Shown: in pieces, positions 1-12,376 of the stretch
How positions within the stretch are numbered: position 1 is the stretch's first letter
How the letters are laid out: every line of letters starts with the position of its first letter
Assembly (NCBI RefSeq): GCF_001194135.2
Contig: NC_068983.1
Location: 29,014,865 to 29,078,864 of the forward strand
Origin: Octopus bimaculoides
Lineage: Eukaryota
Length of the DNA: 64,000 bases
Reading direction: 5' to 3'
Notes under the pieces: model-generated
The model's input: the letters and a program-made list of their open reading frames with translations, nothing else
Databases searched by the model: none
What the model was told of the DNA's origin: nothing
Translations under genes and position numbers: made by a program

Positions 1-1794
1 AGATTTGGCTAATTGATGCTGACTTTCAAATAAAGACAATAATTGTGGAGATGATGCTGATGAAAAATGCCAATAATTGATGGGGTTAATCTGTTTGTTT
101 CTATATATAATATACCAATTAAGAATACTTTTTCTTAAATTACCTTAATTATTATTCTGAAAGTATTTTAAAGTTTTTTTCTTTATTAACTTTCAGTCAG
201 TTGAAGAGTTTAAAGATTCAACTTCCAAGAATTGGATTAGAGTAGACATAGTAACACACACACAGACAACCACACTCACACATACACCACACAAGTATAT
301 ATTTAACTCACCAACTTATTGCAAGAGCAAGGAAATAATTCACATATTATAGAGAAAATGAACAATTTCAAAAAGCAGAAGACAGATCAGCATGTATTGT
401 TGGTTTACATACTAGGGATATAAAGTTTCTTTAATCAAATCTGTTCAAAAATAAAATGAAACTAAGGTATCCATGGTTTTTAGTACAAAATTCTAATTAA
501 ACATCTCCTGTCTTATTTTTCAATTGCTGCTTTATAATTGAAGCTAGAGAACAAAGTCACTGTGATGCTTCAACAGTGATGAGCATATCAACAATATGGG
601 AAAATTTATTTTCTTTGTGATTTTTGTAATTAACATAGAAAATAATTTGATAGAACAGACCGCCTGGAGAGAAAAAAAAACTAATAAATGAGCCCAGGTG
701 GAAATTTGCTCATAAAATGAATGCAAGAATGGGAAAAGATGGATATTATTAAAACAGTTTTTATAATGACAGCATTATCAAATTTATTCAACTGAACCTT
801 TGTAGCACTGATGGAGGAAGTACGGTGATCAAAAGGGGGATTGTGTTGAAAAATAAACCTTATTTGGTCATATTCCATGAGAGTATCTTTGCCAGCCTAT
901 GAATTTTCCAACTGGCTCTCATACAAGCATGCAGTCAAGATTTTTAGAGGAGAACATTGGATGTAGAAACTGACCAATGAGAAACTCTAATGTTATTTAC
1001 CCCAACTGACCAATCAGATAGCAGAAAAACAGTTGCAACTTGCTGAACACTGTTTGAGACATCCAGAGTTGTAAAGTAGCAGGAAAACTCTAAAACAGCC
1101 AGCCTTAGCTGACAATTTAACTTTGGTTATAGTCATTGGATCTAATTTTTACAATATTAAGCTCACTGCCACTGCCACAGCAGTAATTTTAACAGAAATA
1201 GTGATCAGCCCCAATTGACAATCAGATAACAGAAAAACAGTTGCAGTTCATTCAGCTAAAATTCTTCAAGGTGGTGCCCCAGCATGGCCACAGTCTAATG
1301 ACTGAAAGAAGTAAAAGATAAAAGACTATATACTGTATGGTATTTTTTCCAGGACTGTAACTATTATTACTACTAGTAGTAGCTGCTGTATAGTAACATT
1401 AGCTGAGAACTTAGCTATAAACATAACTAATGCTAATAAGTTCATTTCATTAGTATTGCATTTCCCAAAATGTCATTTCCCCTTCAAACAGTTGTTCATC
1501 AATAATATTTTAGAATTTGTGTAACATGTTATTTGCCAACACAAAAATTGCCATCAGAGGTCAATGCCAAAATTGGGTGAGAAAGAGAATTTGTTTTTGT
1601 TTATAGAATAATATTGGCTGTCTTTTTTCAAAAAACAAATAAATATAACTAACTTTATTTTCTTTTGGCAGCCGGTCAGGTGTTTCGTTTATGGGGTTAA
1701 TTGCCATTTACAAGGAATGGTTTAATAAGGAGAAAAAAAAACAAGATGTTCAAAACTTATAGGAAGTGTATTTCTCACCTTCTACATAACAGAT

Positions 1795-2190
1795 GTAGTG
1801 GAGGCGCAATGACCCAGTGGTTAGGACAGTGGACTCGCGGCCATAGGATCGCAGTTTCGATTCCCAGATCGGGCGTTGTGAGTGTTTATTGAGTGAAAAC
1901 ACATAAAGCTCCACGAGGCTCTGGCAGGGGATGGTGGCGAACCCTGCTGTACTCTTTCACCACAACTTTCTCTCACTCTTACTTCCTGTTTCTGTTGTGC
2001 CTGTAATTCAAAGGGTCAGCCTTGTCACACTGTATCATGCTGAATATCCCCAAGAACTACGTTAAGGGTACACGTGTCTGTGGAGTGCTCAGCCACTTGC
2101 ACGTTAATTTCACGAGCAGGCTGTTCCATTGATCAGATCAACTGAAACCCTCGACGTCGTAAGCGATGGAGTGTCAACAACAACAACATA
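1795..2190 (+). mobile_element. tRNA(Arg)-like SINE, family B
   Basis: A box TGACCCAGTGG, B box GTTTCGATTCC, (CAA)n tail; second copy at 11428. Confidence 0.85.
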
Positions 2191-2616
2191 ACAGATGTGA
2201 CTGAACTAACAGAGAAACTATTACATGATTGGTTGACTAACAAGAAATAGCAACTAAGTTCTCCTCAACCCATATCCTATGATTTGAAAAAAAAAAAAAC
2301 AGAAGCCACATTGAATAATGTAGTCTTTCCCCTCTCTTGACTCCAACTAGCATTATCTATTTGGAGTTGAGGGTGGCGAGCTGGCAGAATCGCTGACATG
2401 AGAGGAAAATGCTTAGCAACATTTCATCCATCTTCACATCCTGAGTTCAAATTCTGCCAAGGTCAACTTTGCCTTTCATCCTTCCAGGGTTGATTAAATA
2501 AGTACCAGTTGAACACTGAGGTTGATGTATTCCCACAAACTTGATGGCCTTCTACTAAAATTTGGAATCTTTATCTATCTAGAGTTGGCCTTTGCTTCAA
2601 AAATTTGCCTTGAGCT

Positions 2617-2890
2617 GGCCAAAGTGCCTTGGACTGGCCAAACTGCCTTAGGCTGACCAAAGTGCCTTGGGTTGACCAAAGTGCCTTGGGCTGGCCAAAG
2701 TGCCTTGGGCTGACCAAAGTGCCTTGGACTGGCCAAAGTACCTTGGACTGGCCAAAGTGCCATGGGCTGACCAAAGTGCCTTGGGCTGACCAAAGTGCCT
2801 TGGGCTGGCCAAAGTGCCTTGGGCTGACCAAAGTGCCTTGGACTGACCAAAGTGCCTTGGACTGGCCAAAGTGCCTTGGTCTGACCAAAG
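2617..2890. repeat. 19-bp minisatellite, about 14 copies
   Basis: Unit g(g/a)ccaaagtgccttgg(g/a)ct; explains the repetitive ORFs at 2571-2898. Confidence 0.95.
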
Positions 2891-3400
2891 CTTTATGAGT
2901 GAAAGAAGCCTGCCATGTGAGTGTGTGTGTGTGTGTGTGTGGGGGGTATATGAATATGTCATGTGTGTGTCTTTACATCTGTGTTTGTCCTCCAACCACT
3001 GCTTGACAACTAATGTTGGTGAGTTTAGGACCCTGTAACTTAATGGTTCAGCAAACGGGGCCAGTAGAATAAGTACCAGGCTTAACAAAGATACAAATAC
3101 TGGGGTCGATTCATTTGTCTAAAAAAATTCTTCAAGGCAGTGCCCCAGCATGGCCACAGTCTAATAGCTGAAACAAGTAAATGATGAAAGACAGAAAGAT
3201 AAAAGATAGATCAAATTCAAATTTAGAGAAATCTTCAGTATAACACGTTTGATAAAAAAAAGACAAAAAGCTCTCTCTATTTATATTCACACATAAGTTC
3301 AGCCCTAGGCTGGGCTGTTGACAATTATGAACAGTCGTGAACAGCTCAGCCTTGGGCAAACCTCTGAGATTGGAAACTTTTGATATGATAAACATACACA

Positions 3401-3440
<40 letters not shown>

Positions 3441-4430
3441 CACATATACAAAGAAGTGATCAATAATAAATGAGCTGAATTTGGTGAATGGAACTGTACA
3501 GAAACCCATCATATGTATGACTAAGAAAATTTATTAGGTTTCGTGGTTTGCTTGCAAACCAGACACACAAACACACATACATACATACATTCATACATAT
3601 ATATCCAACTTCAAAACCATTATAGAAATAATGTAAAAAATGTGTAATGCTGGAGAATCAAGTCTTAAGAAGATATGACATGAAGTAAATATGCTGAAAT
3701 ACTGAATATCTGTGTTATGTAATAACAATACATAGAAATAATATCCACCATAAGCTAGCAACTTATTATTTTGAAGTTACAAATCTTAAATTTTAGAGAG
3801 CTAAATGTGTTGTTTTATCTATTTCAGAATATTCTTTAACTAACACACGTGTGTTGTAAAAAATGTCAAGTTTTTGGTGTTTTTGACAAATAATGATAAT
3901 GGTAGTAAATGGCAAATCAAAATAATAGGAGATATTATTGATAAATGTCAGGAATAGAGTAAATATATGTTTATACATAGTACTGAAGCATATGAACAAT
4001 CAGCTTGCTGTAATGTCCTCTATGAAAAATACTGTCATCCATGTAACCAATATAGATATTTACACACACACGTACATACACATATACACACATGTATACA
4101 AACTTGTTACTAATTTAAATATGCTTCAGGCATTTTCAACACATGTAAGAAAGCAACTGACTGTATTTTGTTATGGAGAAAAATCTGTGTGTGTGTGTGT
4201 GTGTAATGACACACACACACACACTGTGGCCATGAAGGGGTATCGCCTTGAGGAATATTAGTTGAACGAAATGATCTCAGTAATTATTCTAAAGTTTGAA
4301 GCCTCGTACTTGTTCATTCGGTCTCTTTTGCCAAACTGGAAAGTTATGGGGATGTAAACACACCATCACCAGCTGTCAATCGGTGGCTGGGAACAAATAC
4401 AAAGACATACATACATACATACATACATAC

Positions 4431-4630
4431 ATGATGGCCATCCACTTGTGACCAAGGAAGACCATTACCGACCTTCAGGAACATTGTGCGCTCTAGGACT
4501 AACTTATATTTTGCATTTGCAGCTCCGTTGGTGGCTAATGAGCCCTGCTCTTGACAAGCATACATGACTGCAAACATTGCAGACCAAGCTTTCCCCATTC
4601 ATTATACAAGTCATGTGCTTTCGCACAGCT
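4431..4630 (-). mobile_element. RTE-clade LINE 3' end inserted in a SINE microsatellite
   Basis: CNVCSHVCLSRAGLISHQRSC-stop zinc-knuckle-like end plus 3' UTR; (ATAC)n on both sides. Confidence 0.75.
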
Positions 4631-5319
4631 CGCTTAAGTTCTTCATGCTGGATACATACATACATACATATGAAAGGCTTCTTTCAGTTTCCTGTCTACC
4701 GAATCCCCTCACAAGGTTTTGGTCAGCCCAGGGTTATAATAGAAGACACAAGATGCCCAAGGTGCCACACTGACTGAACTCAGAACCATGTGGTTGGGAA
4801 GCAAACTTCTTACCACAGAGCCTGTATATAACTTTTTAAAGTTACTGCCACAGACTTTCTATAGAATTTAAAGCCAGCACTGGAAGTTACACTGTTTCAT
4901 ATATGAACACCTCTTCGTAAAGAATGTGAATGACGATAAAAACAATAGGTAACGGGTCTATACATATATTTCAGGAATTCTGCTCTTTCTTCAGCACCAC
5001 ATGCAACCCATTAACTATCCATGAACACATTGCTTGAATAGCCACTAAATTTAGTGGTGCAACACATTTGGAAATACCAGTTTTAGATATTAAACATGTA
5101 GGAAAAGTGATTAGCACTTGCTGGGTGCTTCACAATTCCATACATGGTTCATGGAAGGAAAAGGCAAGGACAAGATCTCTCTGAATAAATAACAATAATA
5201 ATTTATCTTGTCTGAATAAACATTCCATCTTTGGTTAGCGGTAGCCGTGAATGCCTAGGTGAAGAAGCAGCAAGGTTGGTAGTTGGACTCAAAGTAATAA
5301 GGCATTATTACAGACTCAC

Positions 5320-5334
5320 AGTATCACTCGCCAT
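5320..5334 (-). CDS. Gene B candidate first coding exon (MASDT; an in-frame upstream ATG would give MGPLMASDT); downstream exons unresolved
   Basis: Minus strand reads ttaATGGCGAGTGATACT|GTGAGT (consensus donor) in the same CpG island. Confidence 0.4.
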
Positions 5335-5517
5335 TAAAGGTCCCATTCTTCACGGAACTGCTCTAAGTTGCGTCCTGCCCGGTCAGAAGCCGTGATCGAA
5401 GAGAGTGAATGGTGGTGAACCCTAGCTACTGCTGATGATTTTACATGCACATAAGGGGCTTCCGTCAGGTCTTCGGAAGGCTCTAATCCTTGTGTATGTG
5501 TAGATGAGTGTTCCAAC

Positions 5518-5564
5518 ATGGCGTCTAGAACCATGCGTCACTACAAACTCATTCCTGGCAATTT
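5518..5564 (+). CDS. Gene A exon 1 (MASRTMRHYKLIPGN/F), unrecognised small protein
   Basis: aacATGGCG start in a CpG-retaining island; TT|GTATGT donor; phase 2 matches the exon at 7096. Confidence 0.6.
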
Positions 5565-7095
5565 GTATGTACTATATATGTATACACCCTTTACTTATTT
5601 TTCTCTCTTTGATTGTCTTGTTTGCATAGCATATTCATAATGGATATGTCATAACTTTCAGAGCAAGCTCTAATTTCTATTGAAAATTTGCAGAGATAAC
5701 TTACAAAAGTGATTGGATTGCACCGCTAACACAGGTAGCATAGGTAGGACACAGCGTTGACTAATAAATATTTAACAAACTTGGTAGTGTGTTATGGTTT
5801 CATAACAAAATATGGTGTCCCTACCAGCAATTGATATATATATATATCTGAAAATCTAGAAAATCCAAGCAATAAAATTCAGTGAGGACTATATAAAAAC
5901 GAAGTCAGGGGACTTGAAAGTTGTCACAATCTAACATCTGACACAAGATCATCTCCTCCAATGTCCCCTCCCCTCTCAAAGGTTCTTTGTCTTGCAAGTT
6001 ACTTGGTGACCCTGCCAGTGCTGGTGCCACATAAAATGCATTCAGTCCACACTGTAAAGTGTTTGGCTTTTGGAAGGGCATCCAGCTGTAAAAACTGACC
6101 TCACCTGTGCTGGTGCACTCAGTCCACTCTGTCGGGTGATGATGAACCAACCGTAAAACTGTGCTGTGCCAAAACAGACACAGAAGTATGGTGCAGTCTT
6201 CTGCCTGGTCAGCTCCTGTCAAACCATCCAACCCATGGAAGGCAGAAGTTAAACGATGATGATAATTTAACCATTCGGTTTGCATAGCTGTGTGGTATGG
6301 CTGTGTGGTTAAGAAACTCGTTTCCCAAATATATGGTCTCAGGTTCCGGGAGACCATATGGTCCCAAACATATGATCTCCTACTGCTGAGCACTTTGGGC
6401 AAGTGTCTTCTACTATTTATTGTCATCCCAGGTTGATCAAAGCCTTGTCGGTGGATTTGGTAGATGGAAACTGAAAGAAGCCCATCGTGTGTAAACATAT
6501 GCGTACATATGTTGGTGTGTACCCTTGTTTTAATATCATTTGATGATTATAAACAATCACTGCCATACAAGCAATGTTGTTTGCTTCCAGTTTTCCACAG
6601 AGAACACACCTAGCAATAGGCAAATATTACCTTATTTAGAAACAGGGGAAGATTGGTGACAGAAAGGGCATCCATCAGTAGAAACACTGCATCTACAAAT
6701 TCCATTGTAATTTATGCAAGCATAGAAAGTGGATGTCAGGTGATGATGATGACAATTATGATGACAATAATGATGATGACAACGACAAGAAATACCTTGT
6801 AGCTAGCATTTCCAGCATGCCTTTAGCCACAATCACTCTAGCAAATTCTCTTCTTAAAACTCAAAACCACGATCTTGTGATCATTGATCTTGTGAAATTG
6901 AATCCTAAAAACAATCTCATTTTTACTTCATAATCACTGCAATTACCATCATCAGCATCTATTTTGTTTCCTTTTTCTATGATTGCATCAAGTAGTTTTT
7001 AAAATTATATTCCTTTGAGTTTTTTGGGGGTTTTTTTCCTCTCTTGTTTATACATTTATTCATTCATTTTTCTTCTCTGCCAATCCATTCTTTAG

Positions 7096-7133
7096 TACAG
7101 GTCATCTCGCTGCAGATAATTTTTCTTGTCTAG
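7096..7133 (+). CDS. Gene A exon 2 (TGHLAADNFSCL/V)
   Basis: Long pyrimidine tract ending ttctttag; open frame; CTAG|GTTTGC donor; phase 2 in, phase 1 out. Confidence 0.5.
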
Positions 7134-8316
7134 GTTTGCTCTCAAAACAATTTAATAATATTTTTTTTTTTAATAAATGTTTATATGTTTATATAAATAA
7201 TCTTTTTGAATTATTTCAATCATACAAATTACCTTGTGAAAAAAAAAAATTTGAAAAAAAATGTGAAAAAAAAAATGAAAATATTTGTGTTTTGTTTTTT
7301 CAAAAAATCTCTGTAATATTGAAATTGTGTGCATTTTGAAGAATATATTGATTTGGTTCAATGATTATGGTAGATGGCAGACACAGGAATTAAAATTACT
7401 GAAATGTTGCAGGGAAAATATATATATATATGTATGTGTATACATATTTCTGAGTGTTCATTGACATCAGGTTATATTTCTGAATTGATGTAAATCAATG
7501 TTATTTTGAATCTAAATTACTTCCAAAAGTATTTTAAAAGAAGTTTTACACTTAAAGAATGTAAAAATTAGAAGAGTTTTTTAAAGTGATGAAATCTAAA
7601 AAGTTGAAATGAAAATTCAAATAATTTAGAGGTTAAAATAGAAATATATAAATAATATAAATAATATTTTGAATAAGGTTTCTGATTAAAACCAAAACAA
7701 AAAAGAAAAACATCCCTATCAGTAATTATTAATGCTATTTTCAATAGCTGATTTTTGCCAAAAATTTTAGCTGTGTTTTCTTTTAATCAATAAGAAAACT
7801 CAAGTTCTGTCCCATTTGGTATTTGTTTATCAGTTACCAGTTGTTATTAATCAAGAAGTTATATGGTATATTTAGTATCTTGTTGCAAAAATAATAAATT
7901 ACAAATTATCTACAAATATATGTGTGTATATGTTGAGTATCTTTTACAGTTTAATTAGTATTTAGTAAAGTTCATAGAAGAGTAAGGAGTGAAGAATTTA
8001 ATGTCATCGAGTTCTGATTCTTTGTATGTTACTGAGGAAGAGAGACAGAAAGTGATTATCACTTGGATTGTGGACAAATAAAATTGTATTTTGTAGTATG
8101 CTACATATTTTATCCTGAATTCAAATCTTACCATGATCAGCTTCACTTTCCATTGTCACAGAGTCAAGGAAATAAGTACCACTTAAGTATTCAGGTCAAT
8201 TTAATTTATTGTAGCCTACCTCAAAAACTGATTTGTGTTAGTTTTGTGTTCATATTAAAAATTCTCATTACTTTGAGTAAAACATAATTGTGCTGTTTTA
8301 ACCAGAGTATTAATTG

Positions 8317-8808
8317 TGATATTTTGAGAAAAAGCATCTTATGTCATTTTGAGCTAAGTATCATTGTACTATATTAAGCTGAGTATCCTTTTATCGTTTT
8401 AAGCTAGGCATTATTATGCCATTTTAAGATGAGCTTATGATGTTATTTTGGGCTGAGAATCACTGTGCTATTTTGAATTGAGCATCACCATGCTATTTTG
8501 CACTGAACAACGTTGCACTATTTTGAGCTGAGCATAAATTGTACCATTTTGAGCTGAGCATAAATTGTACTATTTTGAGCTCAGCACAAATTGTGCCATT
8601 TTGAGCTGAACATAAAGTGTGCCATTTTGAGCTGAGTATCAATTATATTATTTTGAACTAAGCATAAATTGGGCCATTTTGAACTCAGTATCATCAATTA
8701 TATTTTGAACTAAGTATAAATTATGCCATATTGAGCTGGGCATCAATTGTATCATTTTGAGCTGAGCATCCTTGTGTCATTTTTAGTTGAATATCCTTAT
8801 GACATTTT
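8317..8808. repeat. Degenerate 25-26-bp minisatellite, about 19 copies
   Basis: Unit ttttgagctgagcataaattgtacca; most homogeneous at 8520-8640. Confidence 0.9.
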
Positions 8809-9864
8809 AAATCTACTGGAATTCTTTTATGTTATTCCCAATATCTGTAAAATTCTAAATCCTACAACTCAAAATTCTCCCCCATCCACATACACGCACT
8901 ATAATGAGATACTCTGAGTCTAATTTACAAACTGTCCTGAGAAAATGGATTCATTTTAGTACGCATAAACAGCAAAAGTACTTTATGGAGAAATGTGCAA
9001 ATTCTAATAACATTTCCTTACTTCCAGCATCCGTATAATATTTCACAACTACTACAGAACAAATTATCGACAATCAATGACCTGTGAATTACGAGTTTAA
9101 ATGCAAATTATTCTCACTTGTCGTCATATACTGAGATTAATCAGATTAATTAAGATTAAATCTGTGAGCTGTTAAATAAGAGATAAAACCTGCATTTCTC
9201 TTCGGTAACTTCTTAAGATCAAAGATTTAATAGCTTACCAAATGAACTTTGAAATTATCATACATTTTGCTGAATGACATCGAGTGTAGTATGAAGAACA
9301 GGTTTTTCAGGAAATCTTGCACAAAATTTCAAATGAATGATTGTAACTCTTTTAGGAACACACACACACACATATGCACATTCAATTTATTTGTTCCAAA
9401 AAGATTTGGACGTTAGTTTCTTTAAGAGGTATTACATTTGGTTGAGTTGTTAGAGCATCAAATGAAAAGCTATGCAGTGTTTATCCCGGTACTTGACATC
9501 CTGAGTTCAAATCCTGTCAAGGTCAAGTTTGCCTTTCATTCCTTCAGTCTCAGTAAATAAAGTATCAATCTCAGTGGGGAGGGGGGACTGGCAGAAATAT
9601 TAAAAGTGTTGAGAAGGATTCCTGGTCGTATTTCATCTTTAATCCTTTACTTTGTTTCAGTCATCAGACTGTAGCCATGATGGGGCACCACTTTGAAGAA
9701 TTTTGGTTGAATGAATTGACCCTAGTACCGACGTTTTTTTTTTAAAGTTTAATACTTATTCTATCAGTCACTTTTGTTAAACTGATAAGTTAGTGGGATG
9801 TAAACACACCAACACTGGTTGTCAAGCAGTAGTGGGGGACAAACACAGACACGAAGACACACAC

Positions 9865-9906
<42 letters not shown>

Positions 9907-9993
9907 GAGAATTTATGTAAAAACAACAGACGAAGACAGGTGGTGTAGACAACAAATGGATGTATTAGTATAACGCTCGGGAATAGAGAAAGT

Positions 9994-10030
9994 TTTTAAC
10001 GTTTCGAGCCTATGCTCTTCAACAGAAAGG
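9994..10030 (-). ncRNA. Minimal type I hammerhead-like motif in a Penelope-pLTR-like repeat (about 9906-10095)
   Basis: ccttt CTGTTGA a GAG catagg CTC GAAA cg tt aaaa. Confidence 0.45.
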
Positions 10031-10214
10031 AACACAGAAAGAAACAAGGAGAGAAAAAAATGTAAGTGTAGTGGTCAGCGATCTATCATGGCGAGGTATT
10101 AATAAAATAGATGGAAAAAAAAAGATTTTATTTAGTATGACACGTGTGTGTGTGTGCATGTGTGCGTGCGTGCGTGCATGCGTGCTTGTCTCATTGATCA
10201 GTAACTAATATTCA

Positions 10215-10790
10215 AGCTGGTAAAATCATTAGCACGTCAGACAAAACACTTAGTGGTAGTTTGCCTGTCACTAAATTCTGAGTTCAAATTCTGCCAAGGT
10301 CAACTTTGCCTTTCATCCTTTAAAATAAGTACCAGCAGAGTATAATCAACCAGCCCCATTCCTCAAAATTTCAGGCCCTTGTACCTTTAGCGGAAAGGAT
10401 TATTTTGGAAAGGCAAACAAGTTAGCTTAATAGCACATCATTTATCTTTACATTCTGAGTTCAAATTCTACTGACATTGACTTTACCTTTCCTCATTTTG
10501 GGATTAAGGAATTAAGTACCAGCTGCATAATGGAGTCAATGTAATTGACTAGACCCTCCAACAAATTTTAGGCTTTGTGGAAAGGTGAGCAAAGTGGTTG
10601 AATCATTAGCACACCGGACAGAATGCTTAGTGGCATTTCATCTGCCTTCAAATTCCACCATGGTCAACTTTGCTGTTCATCCTGCAGGAATCAATAAAAT
10701 AAGTTTCCAGTGAAGTACTGGAGTCAATGAAATCGACTTCCCCTTCCCCTCAAAAACTGCTGGCCTTGTGTCAAAATTTTAAGTCATTAA
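10215..10790 (+). mobile_element. Head-to-tail cluster of three decayed family C SINEs
   Basis: Three successive ttcaaattc..tttgcc..aagtaccag units. Confidence 0.7.
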
Positions 10791-11227
10791 TTCCTTTAAA
10801 AATGGCAAATAGCATTTGTCTCATAAAACAAATTTTTATTAAATTTTATTAGAAGACACCTTGTCTCATGGAATTCCAGAATCTTTTTTGACAGAACCCT
10901 AACATTCCCCTTAATCTATTTTGAGAAACACTAGACCAGGAGACCAATTTTTCTAATGCCATCTAATGCATCATTCTAATGCCATCTAATGCAATTACAA
11001 GATTCAGTGGAATAGAGCCCAGAATAGTTAAATTTTATCAGATAAAGTTGCTTAAGTACCATGATATCACAAATTATTTGAAAAATATTTCAGAAATTTT
11101 ATATTTATAAATTTTACTACATCATTCAAATATCAGATTGAAGATATTAGATTCTAAAAAGATACTAATATCCAATTCCCTACATGTTAAGCCATTTTTT
11201 AATTACTTTTTATCTTTATTTTTACAG

Positions 11228-11295
11228 TTTTACAAGAGATTCGATATTCTAGAAAATTAGCAGATTTATATAAATTCTCAAAACAAATGGGTGAA
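11228..11295 (+). CDS. Gene A exon 3 (LQEIRYSRKLADLYKFSKQMGE)
   Basis: tatctttatttttacag acceptor; GAA|GTATGT donor; open in the phase-1 frame; phase 0 out. Confidence 0.7.
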
Positions 11296-11427
11296 GTATG
11301 TTAGGATCAACTGGGAGATATCAGATAAAATGTCTTGTGGATTTTCATTATGTCCTTTTACAGTGGGTTCGAATCCTGCATGCATTGACCTTGCCTTTCA
11401 TATTTCTGAGGTTGATAAAATATGTAC

Positions 11428-11845
11428 CGCGGAGGCGCAATGGCCCGGTGGTTAGGGCAGTGGACTCGCGGTCATAGGATCGCGGTTTCGATTCCCAGAC
11501 CGGGTGTTGTGAGTGTTTATTGAGCGAAAACGCCTAAAGCGCCACGAGGCTCCGGCAGGGGATGGTGGCAAACCCTGCTGTACTCTTCCACCACAACTTT
11601 CTCTCACTCTTACTTCCTGTTTCTGTTGTGCCTGTAATTCAAAGGGTCAGCCTTGTCACACTGTGTCACGCTGAATATCCCCGAGAACTACGTTAAGGGT
11701 ACTGAATATCCCCGAGAACTACGTTAAGGGTACTGAATATCCCCGAGAACTACGTTGAGGGTAATTTCACGAGCAACCTGTTCCGTTGATTGGATCAACT
11801 GGAACCCTCGACATTGTAAGCGACAGAGTGCCAACAACAACAACA
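11428..11845 (+). mobile_element. Family B SINE with an internal 31-bp triplication
   Basis: Aligns with 1795-2190; ctgaatatccccgagaactacgttaagggta three times at 11671-11763. Confidence 0.85.
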
Positions 11846-12376
11846 AAATATGTACCAATCAAGTATTGGGGGAATCAATATATAACCTACTGTGTGATCT
11901 AGGTGGCAATACTGCAGCATAACTACAATCCAATGACTAAAACAATGAAAGGAATTAAAGAAAACCATTTCAAACTCAATGACATAGAATTGGTTTTGGC
12001 CGCTCTGTGTTTCCCACAGTTGTAGGTAGTCTCCGAGGGCTGGGAGTAAATTTCAGGATTCCAGGAGAGAATTTCAGTGGGGAAATTGGCTTCATACTAA
12101 ACGATTCATTATCAGGCTGTGTGGTAAGTAGCTTGCTTACGAACCACATGGTTCTGGGTTCAGNNNNNNNNNNGCTCCAGCATGGCCACAGTCAAATGAC
12201 TGAAACAAGTAAAAGAGAAAGAATAAAAAGAGTATTCACACTTGTGTTGTGCCCTACTTGGCAGCTATTACAAGGGAGAATCAATTTTTCCTAATATTTA
12301 GCAGGATTAGAAATTTGATTTCGTTTATTTTTACTTTTGTTCAATTATTATGAAGTTCTTAAAATTTTTAGTCGGT

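Larger units (their letters stand above)
5225..5565. promoter_or_regulatory. CpG-retaining island, putative bidirectional promoter
   Basis: About 12 CpG in about 320 bp against a CpG-depleted background; divergent ATGGCG starts each followed by a donor. Confidence 0.55.

Noticed and set aside
1800-1875. tRNA gene
   Set aside because: A and B boxes are present, but there is no acceptor stem or terminator and the head runs into a SINE body.
2617-2890. CRISPR-like appearance of the short palindromic repeats
   Set aside because: Units are head-to-tail with no unique spacers, in a eukaryotic SINE context.
2571-3088. Long repetitive ORFs (SPRHFGQPKALW...)
   Set aside because: Translations of the 19-bp minisatellite in several frames.
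5238-5258. miR-124-like text (gccgtgaatgcc)
   Set aside because: The seed is absent and there is no precursor hairpin.
7950-8081. MSSSSDSLYVTEEERQK ORF as a gene start
   Set aside because: No phase-compatible donor; the 5518 start gives a coherent model.
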